This document shows positions 22,297 through 34,214 of a stretch of 64,000 nt of DNA, one piece after another. A model generated the notes under the pieces. That model searched no databases, was not told the origin of the DNA, and worked only from the letters and a program-made list of their open reading frames with translations. The DNA lies in assembly GCA_004764695.1 (NCBI GenBank), contig SMSO01000034.1, forward strand, positions 2,232,001-2,296,000. Direction: 5' to 3'. Origin of the DNA: Schizochytrium sp. TIO01 (lineage: Eukaryota > Protista > Bigyra: Labyrinthulomycetes). The position numbers and the translations under genes were made by a program. Each line of letters opens with the position of its first letter. Within the stretch, counting starts at the first letter, position 1.

Positions 22297-23014
22297 GCCC
22301 AGGAAGGTAGCATCGGGGCCTCCGCATGATGCTTGCGATGTACTTTCCGACCGCCGTCTTGCTTCAGCACCAACTGCTTCTCCTGAAGACATTATGATAC
22401 CTACTTACTGCTACTGTTCTTTTCCAAAGTTTGATCAGTTGCGCAAGTATGGTACCTCTAAAATGGTCGCAGCAGATTCGCTGGCGTGAACGTAGTTTTG
22501 CTTTCGCTAAAGTCCACCTATCTGGCTGCAGATCTAACCGCGATCTTGACTCTTCTTGACGGACCCCGAGAGTCAAGTTGCGGGCCGTGCGGTTAAGTGC
22601 AGAGTTTACATAACCTTCAATTCAGCCCACGGAATCATTACCACTCTCGAATCGAACCATGACCAGCAGCACCTACATTCGTGTCTTGGTCAGCGCACAC
22701 CCCTATCTTACTTTACCAACCAGTGTGAACTGTGTAACATTGCGGCACGTGCAGGAATTAAAAAAAAATCACTAAGGGCGTCGTAGCAATAGCTTTGGGA
22801 GCACTCAATTAGTTGTTGGAATATCAGTGGTAAAATACAGCGGCCCTCCTGAAGCAACGCGTACTTCAGGGCAGAAGGGAACTTAAGGTTTGGTGGGCTG
22901 GCACCAGGGCAGCAAACTTGCAACTGCAACACGGGTAGGTTGCGATTGCAAAGTTTGTTCTGTTGCTTGCAGAGGGTACTGAGGTCTCGACAAGTCTGTA
23001 GCGGCGAGGAACAA

Positions 23015-24262
23015 ATGGCGCCGTCACCCACGGATTTGCTTCATGCGGCCATCACTACGGCTACGCTGGTGATGGCGTTATGGACCGTTCGCATGGACCT
23101 TAAATACTTTTATGGTTGGCAACAGGGTGCCTGGATGTTTAAGTTCACGCACTGGTCTATGACTTCAACTTTAGCTTATCTGGTGTTGTCATTCTTTGAC
23201 ATTCTAACAGGCTATGGCCCTCTGGGGCCTCCAAGGCGTTGGCTGCTGTTGACGACAACAGTGCTCGCTGTAGCTGTAGATACTGGATTCTTTGGTTTCA
23301 TCTTTCCCAAGAGACTTAATAATCCACCTTCAGACGAGCCCATTCTCTCTGTTACGTCGGCTCATAAACATGCTATTAACCTGTTGTGGATCCTTGCAGA
23401 TGCTGGCTCCCGTCCACATGCTTGGCCAGCGCCTGGAATATTGGCAGTAGAAATCACTATATTTACTTTCATTGTCCCTATGATCGTTACGACCGTGTTT
23501 TACCGTGTAGCCTCAATCCTTAAGGATGAAGAGACGGGCGCTGATCTACTGAACTTTGTTGGTGTTCCATTGCCTGACCCGGATGAAGAGTATGATGAAG
23601 ATGTGCAGCTGCGTGGAAATAACACTGCCATCCCTGGACATTGGATTTACGCAAGCTTCAAGCACCCGAAGCTCCGAACTCTGTTTGTACTCTCTCCATT
23701 GATTTATGGTCCTGTCAGTCTTGTGCTCTTGCTTTTAGCTCACAATGCGCTCAATGAAAAGGAACCTACCCAACTTATCACATTGGCTTTGATCCTCTTC
23801 ATCACCCCAGCGCTCTACTTGCCAGAGGTGTGGAAAAAGCACAAGGTTGAAATTATTGATGCCGTGAATGATGTAGCCACACAAGTCAGTAATATGGGTC
23901 GTGGCGCAAAATATTTGCTTGACTTGCTCATGGAATTTGCCGAAACCTACCATTCTCGGGCTCATACTGATGAGCTTCAAAGCGGCTTCGACGGAGTTCT
24001 TAGCATTGTTTCAGAGCTCACCCTTATGATGGGTGAAGATCTCGGAGCCATTTGGCATGATCTTGTACTGCTTGCAGAGAGAATTCATAGTGATGTCTTT
24101 GGTGATTTGTCAAAACATCTGAGGATTAACTTTACTGCCTCAGGAAGCGCCCAAGAGGAGCGCAAGAGCAAACGTCGAAGCAGCACCCGAAGCCATAAGT
24201 CGTCTTCAGTGTCTTCCCGTCGTCGCTCTTCAGCTCGCCCCGATGAAGGCTCAGCAGAATAG
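23015..24262 (+). CDS. Multipass membrane protein, FAR-17a/AIG1 (ADTRP)-like, with a C-terminal extension
   Basis: First ATG at 23015 (MAPSP). Hydrophobic helices with FKFTHWS (Thr), HKHAINLLWILAD (His) and HWIYASF resemble AIG1-family motifs. Confidence 0.55.
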   Translation: MAPSPTDLLHAAITTATLVMALWTVRMDLKYFYGWQQGAWMFKFTHWSMTSTLAYLVLSFFDILTGYGPLGPPRRWLLLTTTVLAVAVDTGFFGFIFPKRLNNPPSDEPILSVTSAHKHAINLLWILADAGSRPHAWPAPGILAVEITIFTFIVPMIVTTVFYRVASILKDEETGADLLNFVGVPLPDPDEEYDEDVQLRGNNTAIPGHWIYASFKHPKLRTLFVLSPLIYGPVSLVLLLLAHNALNEKEPTQLITLALILFITPALYLPEVWKKHKVEIIDAVNDVATQVSNMGRGAKYLLDLLMEFAETYHSRAHTDELQSGFDGVLSIVSELTLMMGEDLGAIWHDLVLLAERIHSDVFGDLSKHLRINFTASGSAQEERKSKRRSSTRSHKSSSVSSRRRSSARPDEGSAE

Positions 24263-25310
24263 TTGAACAGCTAAACTCTGTAATAGCTCAGCGCAGTCAT
24301 AGATTTATCTGGTTGGCGTAGTGAATTCATAATGCTTTTCAAGTCACAAATAATCATCTGAATAGTAGTAATAATTATACATCGTTTTACAAATTCCTCT
24401 ACATAAACATAATTTTCTAAAAGATATGCATTTTCTGAGTTTTCTATTCTCCTCTCTAACTTCTCTATAAATCTATGCTCGGTCAATTTTTGGTGAAAGG
24501 GGGCATCAGAAAAGGGCCCCAAGGAAAACTTAGATAAAGCAAAATAAGGTTTTTCATTTCAATCATTACCATGGATAATTTAAGAAAGGAATCAATGGGC
24601 GGGTAGTGAAGTGGAAACCTGGCATTGCGAAGACCATACATAGCCACGGTCCTCCGAAAACTAATACCTTGCTGGTTGCTTAGGTGTGCATACATCTACT
24701 CGATCAACCGGAAACCTTTGAAGCTTTTGTGCACAGTCAACAATGCTGAACGTTCTTTGAAAGCATACTATGCATGAGTATTGCATACATATAACATGCT
24801 GCGTTTCGAATATGTACTAAACAGGGATACATTGTACAGATTTAAAACTTGCAAAGACGATGCAACAGAAGTTGCACAAATAAGTCAAAACAGATATTTG
24901 ACTTAGACGCACAAGCTTCCTTTATAGTAGAAGGAATGGACGTGCATTGTTTATGACTGGAAGCGATTCGAATTGATTCATTGAAAGTAGCAACAACAGT
25001 GATTGAGACGATACAGAAAGGTCCAATCACACATTGGGTCTATTAAACGAAAGCTGGAGAAGAAAAAAACGTATGCAAGTATGGCAGTAGCCAGGCGTCG
25101 CAGGTATATGTCTAATTACACCACTGCAAATAGACAAATAAACAATTTAAGCGCACTACTCCTATCGCATGCTAGCAAAGCATGCGCCCCTTTCTCTCGT
25201 ACACATCCGAAAGCGCCCGCGCAAATAAGAAAGCGAGCTTGGATTTGAAAGGAAGGGTATTAAATACAAGACATGAGACGTATTGCTAGGTGATTCTAAG
25301 ACCCTTGCAA

Positions 25311-26369
25311 TTATTTCCGATAAAAGCCCTGGGTTGCTATGATAAGCATGACAGCAGTGGCATTGCAAGCAGTCACCATTGCATGCGAGAAGCGAACATC
25401 AAGACCAGCGATGAGCTTTTCACGCATACGTGAAGAAAGTGTAACCCAAGAGAACAAGCAGGGCATGGCAACGATTCCGCTGAGAATGGACCAGTCCGCA
25501 ATGCTGGTGTATCCAGATAGATGGAAAAGCACGTAAGCAACCGCAAGAAGCGCTGTAGCACCCAGAGTGAGGTCGAGTACCAAGTCACAGTTGGTATGCA
25601 TCGCGTGGTACGCAAAGGCAGTGCAGCTTGCACCAGCAAGCAGGAGTGTAAGGTCTCTCCACCCGAGGCTCCACACGGCAAAGATACCGGCAGTCTGGAA
25701 GGCATATCCAACCCAGAACCACCAGTGAGAGAAGTGGTGTCCCTGAAAGATAACGTCGTTCGAGGAGGTGACGACCACATCCTTGCTTCCCTTGAAAAAC
25801 TCGCGGAGGTTGCTGAAAAAGGTCCTTTCGACAACATCGCGCATCATAAATAAGCATCCAAGTGCAAACACGAGGCCATACTGAAAAGCCTCCCACGTGA
25901 AGAGCTCAAACGAAAGTTTGGATGCGGTTTCGGTGCGAATGTAGTCTGCCACGAGCACAGTGCCGCCTGCCGTAACGTAGTGCCAGAGAATGTGATAGAA
26001 GTCATAATTCTTGCTGCCCGGGAGATCACTTGCCACAAAGAGAAAGATTAACATGGGGAAGCTGATACCACAGCCGCCTACGAAGTCGTACCTGCCCTTG
26101 TGGATCGCATCAATGAAGCAGAGCGTGGACATTACAAAGAGTGAGCTCGCAAAGAGCGCATCAAGCCAAAGGTGAGAGTGTTCTGCGTGTACGTGGTACA
26201 TTGATGAACCAGCCGTCACAAACAGAAGGAGAACCGCCACATCCCACACGCCCATGCAAGCTGCGGCGCCGCTCGCTGCCACATACGCCCCATTCGACCA
26301 CAGCATGTGATCGCTCCATGAGCGAAACTCAGGCCTCTTCGCCACTCCCACGCAGCACGCACCGGCCAT
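25311..26369 (-). CDS. CREST-superfamily membrane hydrolase-like protein (TMEM8/ceramidase/PAQR-related) with a partly duplicated domain
   Basis: SSMYH (SxxxH), WLD and HILWH (HxxWH) lie in hydrophobic helices. The second half repeats a similar pattern (AFAYH...VLD). Confidence 0.7.
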   Translation of the reverse strand: MAGACCVGVAKRPEFRSWSDHMLWSNGAYVAASGAAACMGVWDVAVLLLFVTAGSSMYHVHAEHSHLWLDALFASSLFVMSTLCFIDAIHKGRYDFVGGCGISFPMLIFLFVASDLPGSKNYDFYHILWHYVTAGGTVLVADYIRTETASKLSFELFTWEAFQYGLVFALGCLFMMRDVVERTFFSNLREFFKGSKDVVVTSSNDVIFQGHHFSHWWFWVGYAFQTAGIFAVWSLGWRDLTLLLAGASCTAFAYHAMHTNCDLVLDLTLGATALLAVAYVLFHLSGYTSIADWSILSGIVAMPCLFSWVTLSSRMREKLIAGLDVRFSHAMVTACNATAVMLIIATQGFYRK

Positions 26370-26554
26370 GGTGACAAGCCACCTTCACGTCGCCAGCGTA
26401 ACTTTCGACTTCACCTCGGCTTCCCAATTCGGATTTGCTGCGATTCCTTCTCCAAGTTTTCACTTCATCACCGCAGTCGCAAACTCCGTCAATCCAATAA
26501 TCCGAATCATCTCAATCCCTATCTAACCCTTAAGCACTCCTACAGGGTCACTAC

Positions 26555-26712
26555 ATTTCATTTCATTCAATTTCATTCAATTTCATTCATTCATTCATTC
26601 ATTCATTCATTCATTCATTCATTCATTCATTCATTCTTTTCTTTTCTTTTCTCTCTCTGTATTACATTACATTACATTACATTACATTACATTACATTAC
26701 ATTGCATTACAT
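26555..26712. repeat. Compound microsatellite (TTCA)n-(TTTTC)n-(CATTA)n
   Basis: Tandem units read directly. Confidence 0.95.
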
Positions 26713-28792
26713 CGCACGCACTTCTTTTTCTGCCACTGTTCCTTTTTTAATGCTTGAAACCATCGCCTCTTTCGTCTGCGAGGGGGAAACCAGCCATCCA
26801 GACCCACGCTTTAAGCAAGCAGATCAACGCCGCGTGAGGCGACCCTCCTCAGGCCTCAAGCTGCTCGAGGTCTTCTCCAGATTGACTTGCTTTCTCGCAT
26901 TCCATTCTTGCTCATGACTGACTTTTGCGAATGAAGAGGACCAAAACAACATTTTCTTTCACTCTTTCACTCTTTCGCTCTTTCGAAGTCTCTGCAGCGC
27001 AGCATAGGACCCACCTACCCTTTACTAGCGCTCAGGGCGCCATCTTCGTGTCCCTTTTTTGCCTTTCGCCCTGTCAATAGATTTTGGCGGACCCGGTGTA
27101 TACAGCGTTATTTACAGGTTGAGTAGTGCTGGGTCCGGTGGGATATGGGGCGGCTCTGACATCGTTCGTCGTCATCAAAAACTTTTTCTTTCTTTCTTTC
27201 TTTTCTCTTTGATGGTTTCTTTCTTTCTTTCTTTTGGGTTATGAACATCAAAGTAATGATATTTTTTAATAGAAAGAAGCACTCAAAACTTTGAACAGAG
27301 ATTGAGAAACAACAGAGAAGAAACGAAGTGGAAAGAGGTTTACAGAATGACAGAATGAAGAAACGAATGACTCGGAATGAATGACATCTGTCGTCTGTTT
27401 GCTTCGAGGCTTCGAGAGATCAAATAGAAGACACCGTCGAACCGCTGAAGAACTCTTGGTCTGGGCAGCGACTCCTTTAAAGTAGTGCTGAAGCCACAAA
27501 GTTATGTTTGGTCTTTCATGTTTCAGGAATGCAAACGCCGCCAGCGAAGCTTCCGAGTGCCGCAGGCGAAGACCTTGGTCCCCGCCACTTGCGATGACGA
27601 GAACCCACGGCACGCAGAGCTCTTCTGCGTCCTGCCGTCTCCTCGCCAAGGCCAGCCAGCCGGCCAAGCTCAAGCTTCATCTCCTCTGGCTGACCCAACC
27701 AATACCGCGAACGCTAAGAGCGACCAACGGCGCATGGGAATTGCAATCGTCGCCAGGCAGAACTGCGACGCTACATGGTTCGACCTCGTGCGTAGCCGAT
27801 CGCTCGCGAGGATGGCCTCGGGCGGCAGCTGACGACAACCAGCTGACTCGTGCGAGCTCCTCGCTGCTCTGGGCGGCAGCGGCGTTACGCACAGGCTCAG
27901 CGAGCTGGGCGTCTCCAGGAGGACCTGGACCAGGTTTTCAGGAACGCTCGAGAGCGGTTTCGTGAGGCGCATCATCGAGCGCATCACCCGACTGGAGCAG
28001 GGCTGGCCAGGCAGCCAGCTGGCTAGCTAGGCGGTGCCTGCACCACCCACGGTGACGATGAAGATGGCCAACACTCACAACTGCTGCGAGCGGTGTTCGT
28101 CGCTCGGAAGAGCTTCGACGAGAAGGTACGCTCGTCAGCTTTGATTCATACAGATGGACAAAGAGTGCATCATCGTAGAACGCGGTAAGGTGCCGGTAGG
28201 GTTGGCGATCCTCGAGAGCTTTGGGGACATTCGCTCCAGTTCGACCGCTCGTTCGAAGGGCGTTCAAGGTTAGGTGTCAGCACTGGACAGAACAAGGGAG
28301 AGCATCGGCAGAAATGAGTTTGTGTGCGTGTGCGAATAGGTTGAAGTTGCTTTAACGAGCGAGGCTATGCGCTGTCTCTCTGGACCCCTCGAGCTAGATG
28401 GGCTCTTGGAACGCGGAGTTAGATAGTGTTGTTAAATGAATTCAGAAATGATGTGGAGGAGGATCGATACCGCCCGGTACAGCGAATTGAGAGGCGGGTA
28501 GCGCACACAGCGTCTGGTACACACATGTGTTTCGAAAGAAAAGTTGGAGGCTTGAAATCATAGTGTCGCAGTTTCGACGCTGGGGTGATGAGCAGTAGAT
28601 TGAGCGTGAGTCGAGCTAACACACGCAGGGGCATGAGAGGCATGGAGATGAGCTCTTAATACGGAAAAGAAAAGAAAAGAATAGAATAGAAAAGAAAAGA
28701 AATCTGAATAAATTAGAAAGAATAGAATTTTGTTGACCCAGAGGCCATTTTTTCGAAAACAACTAGTGAAAGAAAAAGGAAATCTTCGCAAA

Positions 28793-31606
28793 CTACATGA
28801 AACCCTTCTCCTGAAGATTTTCTGTTACAGCAGCCTGCTCTTGCCTGATGGCTTCTTCTGCATCACGGAAAAAACTCTTAAAGCGCGATGACGCTTGCAT
28901 AATAGTCCACTCGCACTGTGCACTGAGTAAATTGGCCTGTTCAATAGTGAGAGCAGGTTCAATTATTTTGCCTTTCTTTTGGCCAAATGTCTTGTACAGG
29001 GGAAATTGCGGGAAAAGGCCTTTGCGACCCTTATCGATTTCTTCTGTAGTCTCGCGAGGGAGCTGCAGCTCGAAGTTGCGAACCTTTTCGAGGTATACCC
29101 ACATAACGGTGACTTCATAGTCGCCCTTGATTCCCCACCACTCGTTGTGCAATACATCTAGAGTCTGTTCTGCAATGAGAGGTTCTCCCAAGAGCTTGGC
29201 TTGCTGAAGTTGCTCAAGCAAACCAATAATTTTCTCCTTACGAAAAACATGGTTGTGTGCAAATGTGCCGAATTCGCCTTTCATTGGCACCTCGATGCCA
29301 AAGAGTGGGAGAATGCTCGATTGGGACCAGTCCTCGTATTCTGGTAAGAAGGCCTCAGCACCATCAAATATAGTGGATTCCTCTTCAAAGTACATGGAGT
29401 CCTCCGGATCTTCTTCATCATCAGAGACCAGGGACTGAAGATCGTCAAGCACTTGTCGTGAAATACGCACACTGCCGCCATTGCTGCCGTTGCTTCCGAC
29501 ACTTTCAGCGCCGAGACTCTTGCGGCTTTTCCGGACGATGCGACGCACAGACTTACGGATAGACGGTAGACGACCCGACTTTGTTCGCTTTCGATGTGGA
29601 TGAAGGGGCACAGGAATCTCGCTATTCACAAATACGCAGATGCGCTTGACACGCCGCTGCAACATGGCAAGGATACCGAGGTTATCAATAGTTCCGCCAT
29701 CAGCAAAATCCATGTCTTCAACATCCTCAGGATTTGGACCAACTTCAGAACCCTCGCGATCGCGGTGGAGATGCACGCTTGGGGTCCAGAACTTATTGCG
29801 TGGGTTAAGACGCTCCATCATTTTAGAATTCTTGAACACAAAAGCTGGAGCATGGCTTGAGATACCTACCACATGGCGTAAGGTCAACGGACGATCTGGC
29901 GCGGCCACAAGGACTGTGCGCTTTGAAACACCTTGGTGCACCTCTTCTTCGTGGTCCTTGACGAGGCTCTCGAGTGTGGTAAAGACATCCTTTACGAGCT
30001 CTGTTGCAGCGTTGGTAATGGCAATCGCTCCATTCTTGAGACCATCACTCAATGAGGGTCGTTTGGATGTATTGCCAGCTCCGGGGAGCGGCGTTTCTGA
30101 ACCGAATGCGAAAGAGTCAATCATATTGCCTCCAATAACAACATCCTCGTGACGCGTTTGATCTGACAAACCACGGAGATGTACGCGATGCTTGAAAGGA
30201 GAACCTGAGTACATTGGCGTGAACTGAATAGGGAACAGGTCGCCCGCGCGAGCCCAGTCAGGACCGAGAATTGCAGCATTTGCCAACCAAAAGGGGCGGT
30301 TTCTGTGGGCCATTCTAATTTGCGCCATGTTAAAGTTTTGTACGTTCATTGTTGCAGCCATGTCAGGGTGGCCAATTGTGCAATCGTCATTGAGGCCAAA
30401 AGGCTCTAGGTAAATGTCTCCAACAGAACGCTCCCACCATTCATGCCAATCAGTAGACCAAAAAATGGCTTCTGCTCTGCGCCAAAGATCTGTTACCGCA
30501 GGTTGAAGAATTGGTGCATGCACTTTTTCAGAAAGTTGGAACATGTTGAGATCATCGAACCGAGTACGTCTACCAAGCAATTCATCATCGCTCGCAGCAC
30601 CAGATTCGTAAAAGGTGTATATTGAGGTTGCCCATGCAGACCCCGAAACAGAACTAATATAGTTGATATCATGGGAGTTCAGCAGACGTAAGTTCTGCAA
30701 AGCACGAAGATAACCTGACGTGGCCGTGTGAGAACGAGCGCCACCACCTGAAAAGCAAATCGCAGTGTAGTTCTGAACTCCAATTTCGGCCTCAGGAAAA
30801 GTACCAGTTGGACCCACGTTGTAGACTGTAGCATGCAAAAATGTTACATGCGAAAGTGTGTCCACCCATTGCTTTGCGGATTCGTGGTCAACTGCTGACC
30901 ATGCATAGAACTCACGACCCTTGTGACGCTCCTGCGCTAATGGCTTGATATAAATTCGAAAAGTATTTGAATCAGGCGATTCAAATTCTACTCGTGAAAT
31001 GTCTACGAAAGGAATCTTCTTCGACGAAACATTGAGGATCATATGGCGAGTTTTGGCATAAATCAATGCTCCTCCGCGCATGTCAATTGCAGCAAACTTG
31101 TCATGAAACTGGCGATCGCGCATGGGAAAGCATCCGCATTGCGTTGGAACTTCCCATTCTCCCTTCTTAAGATATCCTTGCACAAGCCAATCAGAAGGGG
31201 ACTCTTTCAGACCAGTGAAACGCTGTGATCGAGGCTTTCGTCGCAAGTTAAAGCCCATGTGGTGCAGGAGAGGGTCATGTTCACTAGCTCCGTGCACATC
31301 GTCGGCCTTGTCATCAGGCTTTGAGTCATCTTCGTTCTGACTGTTAGCACTTTCTTCCCCATCGGCCTCAGTCAAAAGGGTTTCCAAAGGCATTTTCAGT
31401 TGCCAGCTCTTCAACAAGCTTTTGCCTTTGGACCTTCGCGTGAGTCTAGTCTCCTCATCATCATCCATAAACAAGTTCTCTCCAGTGAGGTCCGCCTCGT
31501 TTATGGCAAGAGACCTTTCTGATACAGAAGTTCTCCTCCTCAGCGAGAAGGTAATCTTTTTCTTCTTCTTTCCCGCTGTGCTTTTCAGCTCCTCTGTCTT
31601 CGCCAT
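28793..31606 (-). CDS. PH-domain + cytosolic phospholipase A2/lysophospholipase-family protein
   Basis: PH-like region (VQGYLKKG...ESAKQWVDTL). Catalytic motifs FSGGGARS, SSVSGSAW (nucleophile Ser) and FADGG..DNLG. Confidence 0.85.
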   Translation of the reverse strand: MAKTEELKSTAGKKKKKITFSLRRRTSVSERSLAINEADLTGENLFMDDDEETRLTRRSKGKSLLKSWQLKMPLETLLTEADGEESANSQNEDDSKPDDKADDVHGASEHDPLLHHMGFNLRRKPRSQRFTGLKESPSDWLVQGYLKKGEWEVPTQCGCFPMRDRQFHDKFAAIDMRGGALIYAKTRHMILNVSSKKIPFVDISRVEFESPDSNTFRIYIKPLAQERHKGREFYAWSAVDHESAKQWVDTLSHVTFLHATVYNVGPTGTFPEAEIGVQNYTAICFSGGGARSHTATSGYLRALQNLRLLNSHDINYISSVSGSAWATSIYTFYESGAASDDELLGRRTRFDDLNMFQLSEKVHAPILQPAVTDLWRRAEAIFWSTDWHEWWERSVGDIYLEPFGLNDDCTIGHPDMAATMNVQNFNMAQIRMAHRNRPFWLANAAILGPDWARAGDLFPIQFTPMYSGSPFKHRVHLRGLSDQTRHEDVVIGGNMIDSFAFGSETPLPGAGNTSKRPSLSDGLKNGAIAITNAATELVKDVFTTLESLVKDHEEEVHQGVSKRTVLVAAPDRPLTLRHVVGISSHAPAFVFKNSKMMERLNPRNKFWTPSVHLHRDREGSEVGPNPEDVEDMDFADGGTIDNLGILAMLQRRVKRICVFVNSEIPVPLHPHRKRTKSGRLPSIRKSVRRIVRKSRKSLGAESVGSNGSNGGSVRISRQVLDDLQSLVSDDEEDPEDSMYFEEESTIFDGAEAFLPEYEDWSQSSILPLFGIEVPMKGEFGTFAHNHVFRKEKIIGLLEQLQQAKLLGEPLIAEQTLDVLHNEWWGIKGDYEVTVMWVYLEKVRNFELQLPRETTEEIDKGRKGLFPQFPLYKTFGQKKGKIIEPALTIEQANLLSAQCEWTIMQASSRFKSFFRDAEEAIRQEQAAVTENLQEKGFM

Positions 31607-34214
31607 GATGCCTCCACGAGCTCACGAGCTTGCACAAATCGACGGGTATTCGCTCCACGGTATTAACTAGTTTTAATGTGCTCCTGGGAGCAACCGAGGC
31701 AAGCAAGGGCGACTGAAGTAGTTAGTAGACAAAGCTCACGCGCAGAGCCGTCGCAGCAGCAGCAGCACTTGCAAGAAGGTTTCCTCGATCTGCCCAGCTC
31801 AAGCTCGCCAGCCAGCCAGCCAGCCAACCAGCCAGCCAGACTCCTACGTTCTCCGAGGTCCACCAAAACAGGTTCTACATACAATCAATTTCCCCTCGCG
31901 CAGTCTTTTGCAATTTATAAAACACTCGCCTCCGGACTCCCGCTACTTCTTCACCAACTTGTGCTCCAAAACTTTATAGTAATAGGTACCTTTAACAATT
32001 CATCATCTCCAAAAGCGTCGCAAAGTGAGAATCATCAAACAAATGTGGGAACCCACTTTCTCTACCTCCTTAGCCCCTTCTATCATTTACTCTAAGTATC
32101 ATACACGCGTCTTGTAGTTTCTAAGAGCACCCCCTTTGAAAATCTTCTTAAAAGAATTTTGAAAAGAAATTGCTATAGGATTCATATAGTTTTTGTATAG
32201 CGCACCTAGTGTGCACCGTGTGCGGCACGCGCGAAGAGGTAATATTCAGGCTACTTAAATATGGTGTTGTTATTATGAGTGAAATACAAAAGTCTTTAGA
32301 TTGAAGGAGAAGCAATACCTACATGATGACAATTAAACCTTCAAGTTGAAGGAAATCGTTCGTGCTTTAACATTCAAGCTGGCGCCTTTGACATCCAGTA
32401 CTGCTGGCATTCGTACGAAAATGAGTTGAGAAGACCTTGCCTTGTATGTTGTCTGCTCGGACAGCTTTGCCTTACCGCAGAGCAATTACAGGAGGGTATC
32501 ACGAAGAATAACAGCCATTGTTTGCTCGGCTTGTTTGTCGGAATTACCTGAATAGAAATAGACTGAAAACACGTTATACCTAATCGATTGACAATTGTTA
32601 GCTCGGCTGTACTACGCCAGGAAGTATCTTGTTAAGAATGATGTACTGCGGCTAGCAAACCTTCATGCTCACGGACCCATGGCGTCCTGTCAGTACCGTG
32701 ATGTGCACTAGCAACGTGTGTACTACGGTGTCATTTGTGCGAGAGAAGCCAACTTCCTACTACTGTCAGCCCATGGCTTTCATAAATTGTCAGCAGCCTG
32801 ACACTCATAATTCACTTGCATAGTACTATATTACTGTTTTAGCATAGTGGTGGCTCGCAATGACCACGCATCATGAAATAGCTCCAGCTCTCTAATGCTC
32901 GAACGAACAAAGCATGTTTGCCCCGGGCCCTGAGTACGTAGTAGTAGTAGTTGGTGAGGCAGGTTACCTCACGCTTGAGAGTTCATTCACTTGACGGCTA
33001 TCACTCGCCCCCTTTCAGATGGTAGCGCACACAGCACCAATCTGCGAATTTCGACATTTTAATTTCCTGAATCTGCTAACTCGCGTGCGAGGGAAATCAT
33101 GGACCACTTCTACTCTGACACTGCCCTCCGGATCCCCTCGTTTCTATGTTATCTAACCTGGCACATGTTGAAGTTGCATAACTAGGCCTAGTACTAGTAT
33201 TAGGTTTTTGGTAAATTACCCATGTCACGGTTATTGTATGGTGGGGCCATCCATTGTGGTCGACTATTTCATGAATATATTCAACCATTGTTTTCACCCC
33301 TCTGTATGTCGTATGCAAATTACTGTCGTCCGATAGCAAACGACTGGTCTATAACTCACTCTTTTGTGTACCATAACTTGTGCCAGATGATTTAAGAAAA
33401 AAGCACTGATATTTGTTGAACTCTTACATACATATAGAGTTTAACAGTGCTGGGCTAGAGAAGCAGCCGCAATACACCAGCAGAATATTGCATGACTTGT
33501 CAACATTTCGAAACCTTGTACGTCTTGCAGTATAATAAACGAAAGGAATATGCCAATCAAGAATTCAATATAGGGTTCCATTTTACACCGCTTTTGCCCA
33601 CTTAATATAGCAATCATGACGATTATAGAAAACTTTTGCATTGCACCTCTGGGATCTAATTTGGAGTATGTACAAGAAAAATAAAGAACCAAGATAGTAC
33701 TACAACTTAATATAAGGCACCCTTTCTATGACTTGTGTTTTGTGGTGTGTCTCATGTGGTTTTACTCTACTCTAGTGTACAGAAGCGTCATCGCAATAAC
33801 AAACGGGACGTTCCCTCTTTTCCCAGCGCGCCCAAAACACTGAAGCGTAAAAAATAATGATGTTTAGGTGGCAATTCCCAACAGTATAGTGAAACCCTTT
33901 TACTTGGGGTTTGCATCATCATAAAAATAGAAACTCTCTCATACCTAGACGGCGTTGTTTTGTTTAAACGTTTGGTAATTAATTACCGTTGTTCATCATG
34001 GCTTCTCCCAAAAGGTGTGTACCAGGTACACACTACATGCCTACTAGCAGCGGATAGGAAAAGCCTTTTTAACATTGTGAAACGTCAAAGAAAACAATAG
34101 AAGTACAGAGACAAGGTGTCTCTAGTACATAACATCAAATGGTCTCGTAATCCATCATTTCGCAAATACGAGCCTTTTCATGAGAGCTGCAACGAAGCCT
34201 CTGTCCCTGTGATC

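Noticed and set aside
22940-23014. TTG-initiated extension of the AIG1-like ORF (likewise GTG/TTG starts listed for other genes)
   Set aside because: In a eukaryotic context the first suitable ATG is preferred.
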